A stretch of DNA of 64,000 nt from positions 56,050,001 to 56,114,000 of the forward strand of contig CM052816.1 in the NCBI GenBank assembly GCA_028534125.1. The letters run 5' to 3'. The position numbers were made by a program, and so were the translations under genes. The notes below the pieces were generated by a model. The model saw only the letters and a program-made list of their open reading frames with translations, was not told where the DNA came from and searched no databases. This document shows positions 37,313 through 51,041 of the stretch, one piece after another. Source of the stretch: Lama glama. Lineage: Eukaryota. Within the stretch, counting starts at the first letter, position 1; each line of letters starts with the position of its first letter.

Positions 37313-39959
37313 GTGAGTCTTTAAAAGTTATTTAAAATATGTATTACGGAAACCCACTTTTTGGACCCCAACTGTGTCACTGTCCCTTTTAAATGACTCT
37401 CTAGAGTACAAATTGAGATGATTTTACTCACTATTTCTTGGGAGTACTGTGATTCTATATAAGTGAGGATTGTTAGGAAAGTCTTTTGAAAAGAAAATTA
37501 AAATAAACCTTTCACAGAGGGAAAGATTTTTCCACATACGTGGAAAGAGAATTGTATGTTGAGCCTCAGATTTGTCTGTCTGCTTTCCTTCCGACGTCTT
37601 TCCCTTTATTTAGAAGCCCTTGTTTTACTTTGATTCCTGCTGCTATCTGTTAGTGGCTTCTTTTAAATCTCCTGTCTACCTGTGGACCAAATGCCTCGCC
37701 TTTTTCTTTCAGTGCAGCTGACTCAGCCTGACATATTAAAGGCAGCTTTGCTAATTACCATGAAAAACAAAGTACTTTAATATGTTTAGAGAATCTAAAG
37801 AGCTTTTTTGAAATAGTCAATCCTGTAAAGTTTGAATTTCTGATCCTGAAGCTCAACTGTACCCTGTTCCTAAAAGACGAGTGCAGCTGCATCTCCCTTT
37901 ACCAGTTTTCCTGTCCATTCAGCTCACTGGAGCCACTGGAGCCAGAAAGAGGAAACCTGCTTACTCCGTGCACACGCATACCCCCCGCCTTACAACCACC
38001 ATGTAGCAAAGTCAGCCTTGTTCTGTACCTTGACCAAAAGACCTTTCACATTATTCTTCAGTCTTTTTTTACATTTCAAACCTTTCAAATGAAGCTCTTC
38101 TGGTCAGAACCAGTCTAAGATCATACCAGATTCACTGCTATATTGAAGGACATTTGTGACTGATACCTTAATTACATAATTAGGATACATTTATGATGAG
38201 AATTAGTACATAGAGTCAATAAAAGGAAGGTCACTTTTTCTCAAGAGTAAAAAAAAACCTGTGATCTGTAGTATTAAATGGGTTTACTGTTTAGTAGGTA
38301 CTTTAATTCTCCTGTAATATGCTGTTTTATTCCTGTATAAATTTGAAATAGAACCAATAATTTATGTAACTCCGGAAAGATACCACCATACAGAGGCAGA
38401 ATAATAATGTTTGTTAAATGGAAGCATAGTGCTGCATTGCATAAAAGGCATCACTTTATTGGTTTTAAAATGTTTTAATAACTATAACTCAATTAAAAAA
38501 TGTTAAAAAAATTAAAAAATATTTTAATAAGTTTGAGGCCAGACTATGGTTTAAATATCTGATGCTTTATTTTATACAAGATAATTCCTATGGGAATTGG
38601 AGGCTTTTTGCTGCTCACACTGGCTCCAGGTGGACTTTCTACCTGAAACTAGCTCATCAACGTTCGGAGCCCATATGAGTTTATACTTTTTTATTTAGAG
38701 CTTCTGTAGATGAAAGACATACAGTGAGTAAAGGGCATAGCAACGTTTCCCTTTCAGTATTACTAGTTAGTATTTGATTCCGGGAGTGGGCTCCTCTTTG
38801 TTTTATGTGTACTTGGGGCTCCTCCTCTCCTCTGGGACCTGGCTTCTATTTTTGCTTGTTCTGGTGGTTAACTCAGTCTTGTATGCTCGAGCTTCCAAAT
38901 GCTACTTGTCTCCCACTGTCAGCACCTCCCATGCTTTACTAATTGCCTTACATCCTTACTATTTATTTCAGTTCTTTCCCGCTCTCAGCTCTGGCTCTCA
39001 TCTACCAGAGAACAATGGAATTAGACGTGCTTATGCTAGCCTTTGAGTCATAGCCATCTAATTCAGTCCGGAAGTACTTTTTATACAAAGAAAACCTAAG
39101 CATAAAATATTTTGGAAAAACTGTCCAAAAAATACTGAAACACTTTGTGATAGAAATATTCCTAATGTACATATCAGGAAAAAACTGTACCAGTAGCAAA
39201 AAGATAAAATCCTTATTAAATACATTTATAGTTGAATAAAAACCTTAATGATATCACTTATTTATGATTTTTAAATTATCTAACAAATCAGTAACAGGCT
39301 GTTTTTAGTTGGAACATAGAAATAGCCTTGATGTATAAAAATATTGAGTAACATCACTGTAACAAGATTTTCTGGTCCCTTTTACTGTTAATAAAGACTT
39401 ATCCATTAAAAATAAAAAATAAGAACAAGATTAATGCTGAACCTTGTCTGATTCTGGTAGTAAGCAAGATTTATTCATAGACTCATAAACTGGAAAAAAA
39501 AAAAACCAAGGTAAGCTCCATCAGTTTCATTAAGAGATGTACTTTCAGTAAGTTTTTCAAATGTGTAATATACTTGTGTTTTGATCCATCATATACTAAT
39601 ATTAAGTATAATGATAACTCAAAAGTTGCTTTTGGATTGGTACTTAGAATCTTATGATCATAAGAAATTTTTAAAATTTATATACAGATTGTTTTGCAGA
39701 GAATGATTAGATAATTAGCATATAAAGTATAAAAATATTACATCAGGATAACAGTCTGTATTTTAAATATAATAGAAGTTCAAGGGTAAAAAGGAACAAT
39801 GTAAACTTTCTGAGTGTTAAGGAATGGTTAGTTCAGTAGTAAAGGAATAATTTGTTCAGTTGATGACAGTTACCAAATCAAACTAGTAATAGTTTTTAGG
39901 GTCCATCTGATACATTTAAAAGAAGAGCGATGTAATAGTTTTTGTTTTTCTTTTGTTAA

Positions 39960-40545
39960 CTGAAAAGGGAAAAATGGTAAATGTACATAAAGAATCCTGG
40001 CAGACACCATGTTAACTAATAGATCATGTTTAACATCACCAGGAATAGGACATATCAACATCAGAGACCTTGATTTTTGGTGTCCTGAGAAGGGCGTAAC
40101 ATCATTTCTGTGGTCTTTTTGCCCAAAATGCATCACCTCAATTTTATCATGAGAAAACATTAGACAAAGTCAAATTGAAGGCTACTTTACAAAATAACTC
40201 ATCAGTAATCTCCAAAAGTGTCAAGATCATGAAAGGCAAGGAAAGAGGATGAGTTATCAAAGACCAGAGTTTAAGCAGACATTAAACTAAATGCAGTATG
40301 GAATCCTGGACTGGATTCTGAAACAGAAAAAGGATGTTAGTAGAAAAACTGATGAAATTTGAATAATGTCTATAGTTTAGTCAATAATATTTTATCAATG
40401 TTTATTTCTTGGCTTTGATAATACTATTTTGGCTATGTAAGATGTTAATAGGGGAATCTGGGTGAAGGGTATGTGGAAACTTTATATATTTTTGCAACTT
40501 TTCTGTAAGTCTAAAATTATTTAAAAATAAATAGTTGTTTAAAAG
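39960..40545 (+). mobile_element. Old L1MC-like 3' end
   Basis: ACTAAATGCAGTATGGAATCCTGGACTGGATTCTGAAACAG...TTTGCAACTTTTCTGTAAGTCTAAAATTATT. Confidence 0.75.
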
Positions 40546-42039
40546 TGAATATTGATAAAATGCTAGAAATTACATCCTTTGTAATCATTGAAACTTAAGT
40601 TGGAAATTTTAGATGTTACCAAAGATGTACGAATACATGGTATGTATTTCAAAATTATTTGATGGTTACATGAGCAAAACACTTTGAGGAATTTGACTTG
40701 GCCAAGAAAAAAAAATATTCTAAAAATACCAATATAAATGGTTCCCCTGGAAAAGGTCTCAGCTCATTGTCAGCAATCCCCACCTTGCACACTGATCAAC
40801 TTTTTAATGTCTCATTCTTAACTATGAACAAACAGCTTAGGGAAACCTGATGTGAAAGATAAGAAATCAGAACAAAAAAAGAATAAAAGCAATTTGGAAG
40901 GGACCAACAATGCAAAAACAAACAAAACAACTCTTAATATGTTTGGAAGGTAAGAGTAGTTATTATATTCTTGAGAGTGATATATTTAAAGAATGTCCTT
41001 AGAGCTCTTGGAAGTTAAAAACTCAATATAAGGAAGATAAAGTTGATGTTGGTTAGAAAGGAGAGCCATGCTAATTCAGCTGCTAATGAAAAAAATCTCA
41101 TGCAGTTATGAAAACCAAAACATGACACTCACTTGTTAATTTAGTGAAAGTTTTGTAACTGTCCTATGTCAAGAAATACAAAAGATATAAATGTGTATAA
41201 ATCAGGTATAGTTCAGTTTAGACAAGCTGAGAAGAAAACAAAATTGAGAACACTATCATTAGGTGCTATTTGGGAAATGTCTTGTTATTTGGCTTCAACT
41301 GTGAATCACTTTGATCCAATCTGAAGACTCAATGTTTGGGAAAACACAGTAAAAGAACCACATGGGGGAAGCACTGTCTAATCAACAAGTACTTTAAAAT
41401 CAGTTTGTTGACTCACTGCTAAAAGGATTTATGATCAATACCAGGAGACATATTTTTGGTTTTTGTAATCTCCACTTGCAGTAATTTATAGTGGAAGTGT
41501 TTTTTCTCTTCATTTGCTGGTTAGCTTTCCTTCTGACTTTCTGACTTTACTGAGAGCTATATCTGTCATCTTCCTTCCTTTTTTTAAGCAGATTACTCAC
41601 TTTCTGTTCACTGAAATTCAGATTTCTGACCCTTCTGGTATAAGAATATTTTAAGGAATAACAAAACTAGATCATAAAATGGTAAAGACTGATAGTACGT
41701 ATAGCTAAAGGCAAAACATAGCACAGGTTTGTGTGGAAAAGGGTTGAAGTTGTATTCTAGGGCTCTGAGCCTGTCTGGGTATAATCCTTTTTTTAAGGAA
41801 GTGAGCAAAGGCCTGGGGGACTCCCACATTCCTTTGTGGTTACCTGAAATCTGTCATGGGGAAATGAGATAGGTACTTAGTTTTCTGGGAAAGTTCTACC
41901 CTTCTAAAAAGCATACGCTCTCCAGTAAGATTTTATTTATTGGGAGGTAAGGCTGACTTCATCCTCCGAGGAGACACAAGATGACTTCGTGGGGTCAGAA
42001 CCTCAAAGCACCAAAGATCTAGTGGGTAAAACAGAGGAC

Positions 42040-42900
42040 TATAGCCAGCTAATCACAGTTCAGTTTGATAAGTAGTATATTTGTGGTATTAACAGTAGTG
42101 ATCATTGAAGAATGGAGCAGTTAATTTTGCCTAAAGGGAGGTGTCACTGAGAAAGTGATATTAAAAGTGACTTTCACAACATTGTAAATCAAATATACTT
42201 CAAATAAAAAAAAAGTGACTTATAAGGGTAGGTGAGCTGTAAGTAGGCAGAGAGAGGAAAGAAAAGGAAAGTTCTTAGCAAACATATGAATGGAATATGA
42301 ATATATGAAAGAAGGCAGAGTCATGAAAGTTCAAGGTGTGTTTGGGACAGCACCCTGAACAAGCTGGTGGGACTAAAGTGAGTGTAGAGTGGGGAGAGGT
42401 GAGGGTGGAGGTCCCCTTCTAAAGGGTCTTAAATGCCACACTGGAGCTTGATAGCTTCCTTGCCAATAAGATAAAAGTCCAAAAATTTTATGTAGGGGCA
42501 ACATCATTAAATATTTTAGGGAGATAATTTTTGTAGCACTTGCTGATGGATAGGAAAATTGTATTCTGAGGTCAGGGAAGTCAGTAAGGGATATTTTAGT
42601 AGTTCTGCTGAAAGAAGGACCAGTACTGGGGAAATGGCACTAGGGATAGGGAAGGGAACAGAGTCGAGGGAGATTTCTGAATGGACAGGGTGGGGTGACT
42701 CCATCTTCTGTGTGTTGAAAGAGGGTGAGGAACCAGTGATGAATTTTGAGGGTTTTGGTGTGGATGTCTATGTGGGAAGCTGGTAACTAAGACTGGGAAT
42801 AGAAGGAAGAGTTGACTTGGTAATACTTGAGTTCAGGTTTGACATGTGAAGTTCAGTGTTCCTATAGGACATGTAAGTAGAGCTACATGGTTAGGAATGT
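42040..42900 (-). mobile_element. L2 remnant
   Basis: Purine-rich antisense L2 motifs (GAGTTCAGGTTTGACATGTGAAGTT). Boundaries approximate. Confidence 0.55.
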
Positions 42901-43259
42901 AAGTTGGACCACCTGAGGAGGTGTGCACATTTATGTGGGCCACAGAATTCAGTATAATTTTAAAAATTGAATGAGATCAGTCAGAACTATTCTGTAACAT
43001 GAGTATATATTTGTGAGTATTGATGTGAGGCCATAAATTACTGACAACAGCCTTAGATAACCAAATGTAACTTTCAGAATGTTAATCTACTGGGAGGTAA
43101 GAGAAAGCAGAAAGTTAGCTGAGGCTGTTAGCTGTTCATCAAATATTTGTGTTTCATCTTCTATAGTCTTGTCATTGGCCAACAGCTGTCCAGTCAGGGA
43201 TTAGGTTTTTTCAGTCACTTACACCATGAGGTGTGTCTGTGTGATTGGTTCTCCCATAG

Positions 43260-43980
43260 TAATGAGAAAAATGTTGTAGGATATCAGATCAAAGTGGTCA
43301 AGATGCATTCCTTTTCCTCATCTGTGTTTGGAGGGATACTGTTTTAAACAAAATGGTCAAGGGAAGCATCTCTTAAAGAAGTGAGGGAATAATGAGATAG
43401 GTGAATTTTCAAGAGGAGAGGTTTTCTGGCAAAGTACCGACAGGCAAAAGCCATGGGGCGGAAGCAAGTTCAGAGTGTTTCAGAAACAGCAGGGAGACCA
43501 GTGTGGCCGGAGTGGAGAGAGTGAGTGACGAAGGGATTCAGAGAGGCAGGGCCACATCCTGACAGGCCTAGTACGCCAGGGGAAGAGTCTTAGTCTTGTT
43601 CTGTGGGTGACAGGAATCAGATGAAGGGTCTTGAGCCTGCGTGTGAGTAACACTCTCACTGGCCTTTTAAAGAGGTAGCCCTGTTGTGTAGAAAACCAGA
43701 AGGAGAGATGGCAGGGTTAAGAGCTAACTTAGTTAAGAGGCTGTTGCAGAAAAGCCCTGGTGAGAGGTGATGGTGGCTTGGACAAGGAAATGGGGATAGA
43801 AGTCTTCATATTTGAGATAAATATGAAGTTATTGCTGTAATGTTTCTGATGGATTGTACACGGGCTGTGAAGGAAGAATCAGGGATGAGTTCTGGGTGTT
43901 TTGCTCTGAGCAATTGGTAGAATGGTGGTGAGACTGACTGAAAAATTAGTCAGCTGGAGGAGGAGCAGGTTTGGGGAGTG
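43260..43980 (-). mobile_element. L2 remnant
   Basis: AAACAGCAGGGAGACCAGTGTGGCCGGAG, GAGAGGTGATGGTGGCTTGGAC, GAGGAGCAGGTTTGGGGAG. Confidence 0.7.
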
Positions 43981-44031
43981 TCTATGAAAAACCTGATTAT
44001 AAATGGTTTACTTGAGTCACATGTATAAATT

Positions 44032-44285
44032 TTTTTCTACTGCTTTTTTGTTGTTGTTTTAATTGAAGTATAGTCAGTTACAATGTCTCTGGTGTACAGC
44101 ACAGTGTCCCAGTCATGCATATCCATACATACATTTGTTTTCATATTCATTTTCATTAAAGGTTATTACAAGATACTGAACATAGTTCCCTGTGCTATAC
44201 AGAAGAAACTTTAAAAAAATCTATTTTCATATATAGTGGGTAACATTTGTAGATCTCAAACTCCCAAATTTATCCCTTCCCACCC
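44032..44285 (-). mobile_element. Truncated L1 3' end with a 14-bp TSD
   Basis: TSD CACATGTATAAATT at 44018-44031 and 44286-44299. Confidence 0.85.
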
Positions 44286-44324
44286 CACATGTATAAATTC
44301 TTATGTTGTTTTATTTACATTTTT

Positions 44325-47068
44325 TACAGCTTTATTGAGGTTTGTTCACATACCATACAATTCACCCATGTAAAGTATACGATTCAGTTCTTTTTTAGTA
44401 TATTCACAGAATTATACAACTATCACCATAGCCAATTTTAGATCACTTCCATCACCCCAAGAAGAAACCCCATACTCATTAGCAGTCACTCTCTGTTCCC
44501 TCCCCTCCTGTTCTCTCTGTACCTGGCCCTGGGTGACCACTAAGCTGTCTACAGATTTCTGTCTCTATAGATTTGTCTGTTCAGGACGTTTCATATAAAT
44601 GAAATCATACAGTTATACCATCAGTAGTGTTTTGTGTATGGCTTCTTTGGCTTAGCATACTGTTTTCACGTTTCGTCCATGTTGCAGCATGAATGAGCAC
44701 TTCATTCCTTTTTATGGCCAAATAATATTCCCTTGTATGGCTTTTCCAATATTGTCTTTCATTCATCAGTTGATGGACTTTTGAGTTGTTTTTACTCTTT
44801 TGCTATTATGAATAATGCTGCTATGAAGGTTTTTTTTTTTTCATGTTTCTGTTTCTCTTGGTTATGTTCCTAAGAGTGGAATTCCGGGTTGATACGGTAA
44901 CTCTAAATTTTGCCTTTTGAGAAACTGTCAGACCGTTTTCCAAAGTGACTATACCATTTTATATTCCCACCAGCAATGTACCAGGTTGCAATTTCTCCAC
45001 ATCCTTGCCAACACTTTTTTTTAAAAAATGTTTTCAGAGACTATGTAATGACAATGGAAAATATACTATTTAAGAAAAAGCAAACAGGATATAAAGTGCT
45101 TCTTTTTGTTCGAAAGGTATATAGATACACAGAAAATATAAATAATATAAATATTTCATTTAAGTGTTGCATTGTGAGCCAACAGTTGTTTTTATCTGTC
45201 TTTTTGATTATAGGCAACCTAGTGATGTAAAGTGGCATGGAATTGTCATTTTGATTTGCATTTCCTTAATGGTTAAGGATGATGAGCATCTTTTCATGTG
45301 TACATTGGTCACTTGTATATCCTCTTTGGAAAAACGTCTATTCAAATCTTTTGTCCATATTTAAATTGGGTTGTCTTTTTTTTTTAATCCTCCCCCCCAA
45401 CTTTATTGTGATATAACTGACATACAAAAAATTGCCCATATTTAAAGCTTATAACATATTGTGTGCGTGCGTGTGTGTGTGTGTGTGTGTGTTTGTTTTT
45501 TGGCTGGGGGAGGCAATTGGTTTTATTTATTTTTAGAGGAGGTATTGAGGATTGAACCCAGGGCCTCATCTGTGCTAAGCATGCACTCTACCGCTTGAGC
45601 CATACTCTCCCTCCAATTTATTGTGTTTTGACTTAGGTGTACACCTGGGATTTCATCACAACCAAGATAATGAACATAGCTGTTATCTCTAAAAGTTTCT
45701 TTGTACCCTTTTAATAATTCCTCCTCCCCCAGTTTGTTCCCAAACAAACACTTATCTGCTGTCTATTATTATATATTAGTTTGCCTTTTCTGGAATTTAG
45801 CAAAATGGAATCACAAAGTATGTGATTTTGTTTTTTAGTCTGGGTTCTTTCAGCTTAGTTATTTTGAGATCCATCCTATTTTAATCCCCATATCATAAAA
45901 CTCAGTCTTTTAAGGTCATTTTTAGTATATTCACACAGTTGTGCAACCATCACTACTGTCTAGTTGCAGAACATTTTCATCACCTCAAAAAGAATTCCTG
46001 TACCAATTAGCAGTCACTGCTCACTTGCCTTACCCTACAGTCCCTGGAAACCGCTAATCTACTTTCTGTCTAGATTATTTATTTTATAGGTTTTTTAAAT
46101 GTTTATTTTATTATGGTAAGAAAACTTAATGTAAGATGTACTCTCAACAGATTTTTAACTGTAGTTTGCAATATTGTTCACTAGGAATGTCATACAGCGC
46201 ATCGCTAGAACTCACTCATCTTGCATTACTGAGGCTTTAAGCTTGTTGATTAGCAACTTCCCATCTCCCCCTCCCCTTGCCTTTGGCAACCATTGTTCTG
46301 CACTTTGCTTCTGTGGGTTTCAGTATTACAGATACCTCATATAATTGGAATGATGCAGTATTTGTCCTGTGACTGACTTACTTCATTTAGCATGTCTTTA
46401 AGGTTCATCTGTGTTGTTGCATAATGCAGGGTTTCCTTTTTTTAATCACTGAATATTCTTCTGTTGTGTATATATATGCATATATAACCACACTTTCTTT
46501 GACCATCCATCCATCAGTGAACATTTAGGTTGTTATCACATTTTGACTACTGTGAATAGTGCTACATTGAACACTAGATTGCTAATATCTCTTTGAGATA
46601 CTGATTTCAATTATTTTGGACAAGTGCCCAGAAGTAGGGTTGCTGGATTCGTATGGTAGTTCTATTTTTAATGGTTTGAGGAACCTCTACTTTTTTTTAA
46701 AGTTTTGAAGAACCTCAAAAAAACCTCCTGTTTTTCATAGTGCCTTTACCATTTACATTCTCATTAACAGTATACAAAGGTTCCAGTTTTCTGTATTTTT
46801 GCCAAGATTTATTATCTTTGTTTTTTTTGATTTGCCATTTCCCTGATGATTAGTGACATTGAATATTTTGTATATACCTGTTGACCATTTGTATGCCTTT
46901 GGAGAAATGTCTGTTTAAATCTTTAGCTCATCTCTTAACATTGGGTTTTATTTGTCTTATAATTACTGATTTGTAAGCATTTTTTCATGTATTCTAGATA
47001 CAAGTCCCTTATCAGATATGTATATACTTTGATAATATTTTCTCTCATTTTATGGGTTGCCTTTTCAC

Positions 47069-47099
<31 letters not shown>

Positions 47100-48420
47100 T
47101 TTACTTTCTTGATGATGTCCTTTGAAGCACAGAAGTTTTTAATTTTGATGAAATCCAATTTATCTTTTTGTGTGTCACTTTTGCTTTTGGTGTTGTAGCT
47201 AAAGAAGCTTTTCCTAACCCAAGGTGATAAATATTTACTGCTATGTTTTCTCCTGAGACTAGTTTTAGCTCTTACTTTGATGTTTATGATCCATTTGCAG
47301 TTAATTTTTGTATATGGTGTGAGGAAAGGGGGTCCAACATCATTCTTTTACATATGTGGCTATCCACTTGGCTCAGCACCATTCATTTTAAAACGTTATT
47401 CTGTTCTCATAGAGTTACCTTGGGGCCCTTGTCAAAAGTCAGTTCACCATGAGTATGAGGTTTTATTTCTGGGACCTCTGTTCCATTGATCTCTATTTTC
47501 TTGCCAATACCACACAGTCTTGATTACTGTACCTTTGTAAGTTTTAAAACGGCAAGTGTGAGTCCTCCAACTTTGTTGTTCTTTGTTAAGATTGTTTTGG
47601 CTGTTTGCTTTTTTTTTTTTCCATTTCTCTGTGAATTTTAGGATTACCTTCTCAATTGCTGCAAGAAATACAGCTGGGATTTTGAGCCTGTAGGTCTGTT
47701 TGGGGAGTATTGACATCTTAACAATGTTAAGTCTTCTGTACTGTGAACATGGAATGTCTTTCCATTTATTTAGGTGTTCTTTAATTTCTTTTAAATATTT
47801 GTATACAAATTTCAGTACACAAGTCTTGTACTTCTTTTGTTAAATTTATTCTTAAGAACTTTATTATTTGTTGATGCTATTGTAAGTAGAATTGTTTTCT
47901 TAATTTCATTTTCAGAGTGTTCATTGCTGTTGTATAGAAATACAATTGATTTTTGTATGTTGATCCTGTATCCTGCAACCTTGCTGAAATCTTTTTTGTT
48001 TGAAATCAGTGTCAATTATTTTTTTTCCAGGATTCCTTAAGATTTTCTATATACAAAATCATTTCATCTATGAACATAGTTTTATTTCTTTCCAGTCTGG
48101 GTGCCTTTCATTTCATTTTCTTGCCTAATTTCCCTGGCTAGACCCTCCTGTAAACATTGAATAGAAGTGGTGAGAATGAACATTTTTGTTTTGTTCCTGA
48201 TCTTAGGGGAGACATCCAGCCTTTCACTGTTAAGTGTGATGTTAGCTATGGGTTTTTCGTAGATTTCTGTATCAGGCTGAGGATGCTGAGTATTATTATC
48301 AAACGTATGTGCTGGGTTTTGTCAAATGGGTTTTCTCTCTCTATGGAGATGACCATGTGCTTTTTGTTATATTTACATTCATACGAGCTCTTCCATTGTT
48401 GATCTTGGAGTAAGTCTCAT
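44325..48420 (-). mobile_element. Cluster of nested old L1M fragments (3' UTRs and ORF2)
   Basis: Several antisense L1 3' ends (44325, about 45385, about 45880, about 46100) and ORF2 remnants ([20 protein letters not shown]). Confidence 0.85.
45460..45615 (-). mobile_element. Camelid tRNA-derived SINE with a (CA)n tail
   Basis: Minus strand GGAGGGAGAGTATGGCTCAAGCGGTAGAGTGCATGC...CTGGGTTCAATCC; (TG)n at about 45460-45492. Confidence 0.85.
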
Positions 48421-50680
48421 GCATTACAGGAATTAAAGATGAGTGGTCATGAGCATTTGGATAAATGGTAGAAGCCTTGAGAGTAGGTGAGGTTACCCAG
48501 AGAGAGCACACAGAGAAAAAGATGGCCAGAGATGGAACTCTGAGGAATATCAATATTCAGGCTGCTATGTGCAAGGCTAAGTTTTACTTCATTTCAATTA
48601 GTAGATTTAATTTAATGAAAACTTCATTTAAGTAATTATGTATTAAGTAGTTACGCTATTATCTTTAGCTGTTGACGTGGCTGAAGAATCTCTAGCAACA
48701 TGGGAAGTTTTTCTGCCCTTTATTTGATTGTTTCTGTATAAAGTTAGAACCCTGCTCCAAATACAAAAATAAATATTTAAGATATAGGCAAAATAAGGGA
48801 ATTAGCATGCTTTTTTGAAATGAATATGGACGTGGTGAGTAAATAGAACTTTAGACTTTGTGAGCCCTACTGGTTTTATAAATTGACCATTTTAACACAG
48901 ATGCTGGACTTTACCTTTTTTCTACTAAAAGGAATATTTGTGTGGAAACAGAAAAAAAAATCAACTTGTGGAACGTTTACTTCGTACAGTTGGTGTTCTT
49001 TTGTAAGGACCGAAGCACGCACAGTAGTAAATAGCAGCAGATCCTCAGACTTTGTACTGAGAACCAGAACTAGACAGTACTTTCTCTTCTCATTTTCGCT
49101 TTGTCTTCTGAATTACTGCTGCTCACGAAGTAATGTCTCTCTTGATGTCATTATCGCTTCTGGCAGTGACTGTTAGGAAACCCTGATTTTAAGACATTAA
49201 GAGCTGATAATGGTCACAGTAGCTTGTTGGCGAGACTACCTGTTAGATTCAGACAAAAAATTATTTATTTATGTCAGTTTTGTTGAGCATAATCGATACT
49301 TTAAAGTTGTATATATTTAACATGTACAGCTTGATGACTTGATATACATTGCGAAATATTCACCAAAATCAAGATAATTAACATGTCTTTTCTCACATGG
49401 CTACTATTTTCTTCTTTTTTTTTTTGATGTGACAACACTTAAGGTATACCTTTCTAACAAATTTTCAAATATATAATACAATATTGTTAACCAAAATCAC
49501 TATTTAAGACATTTTGACTCTTATCAGTATCCTAACAATGTCAGCAGTTAAGATTCAAGCATATAGCAATGTATATTATGTATTCTAAACTTAAATTAGT
49601 TGATAGTCTCTGATAGTCTTGGAGACTATTACAAAAGGTTATTGAAGTTCTCCAATTTAATCATAGATCATTCATTGGTTGAACTATATAAGAAGTCTTA
49701 TTATATTGACCAACTCATCAAGTGATATGATTGGTAAAAGTTAATTTGTGAGATGTTTGTTTCCTGAAGTTTTGTTTCTTTCTTGAACTATATTATTAGA
49801 ATTAATCCAGAATCATATGAATAACTGAGAATAATAGATTATTTAATTTAAGGCACAGAGTTGAATATTGATTAATAGCTAACTGTGAATTAATACTACA
49901 ATTAATAGAAAGTGGGATGCCCCACCATGATGCCCTCAACTTGTAAACTGTCTTAAGGCAGGAGCTGTCACATCTCTTTGAGGGTCAGAAACCAAATGAG
50001 GGTTCTTAAAAGACAAATCAATACAACTGTGTAATGAAGAGTCATATTTATACACTACAATGAACATTTCTTCTGTTAAACCTTAAACATACATATTTTA
50101 AATAGTATATTCACAGCAAAAAGATTGCTGACCTAGCCATTTCTAAAACATGTTTCCATTAAGTCCTAATCTATAGTCCTTAAACATTTGGAGAACTAAT
50201 TCATTTCTTTGCCAGCATTAAATAGATAAAAATGAGACTATACTCAATAGGGAAAAAGTAAAGAAAAGATGACAGGTATGAAGGTTGGAATTAGATACTT
50301 CATGTATTATAAACTGCATACAATCATTAAATACTCTTTAAATTTGAAAATTTAGTAGTTGATGAGTTTTAAGGTTGTGCGAGTCTATGAACAGTGATAT
50401 GTATTCAAATATATAGTTCATAAAATGGAACTAGTTATTTGTCTTGTTAGATACTGTGGCAAACAAAATACATAGCCCTTCTCATCTCAAGTATACATTA
50501 TGATGTGTAATAGCTGGAAAACATTTTACCATATAAAGTTTATGCATTTCTTGAACATTCTTCTTGATGTAAGAAAAACTAACCAATTTTAGAAAGGCTT
50601 AACCCATGTTCTCTAAATATATATACATATATGGCCTTTCAAATGTGAAAAATTGTTGGACTTTTGTTTTATGACTGCAG

Positions 50681-50860
50681 GCAGCATATGTACCTCATTT
50701 CTTACCCAAAGCTACCAACTGCCAGTTCTCGATACAATGTTTGTAAGAAAGAAATACCGAGGCAAAGATTTTGGGCTTCACATGCTGGAGGACTTTGTTG
50801 ATTCCTTTACAGAAGACGCACTTGGCTTGCGGTATCCACTGACCTCTCTGATGTACACAG
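50681..50860 (+). CDS. FAM169A: FAM169A exon 6 (GSICTSFLTQSYQLPVLDTMFVRKKYRGKDFG...SLMYT)
   Basis: Acceptor CTGCAG|, donor CAG|GTAATT; 180 nt, phase 1 to 1. Confidence 0.95.
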
Positions 50861-51041
50861 GTAATTGGAATAAGTTTTAAAAAGTTATACTTGTCTCAGT
50901 GTCACTTCTGACCTGTTTTTGCAGAATATTGTAAATATGCATGTATCAGTATTAAGTAAATTATATGCTTTGGCTGTCTAGGGCTTAATTTTGCGAATGT
51001 GCCCTTATCTCACACAAATGGTATTTTGGGGGTGTGGTAGC

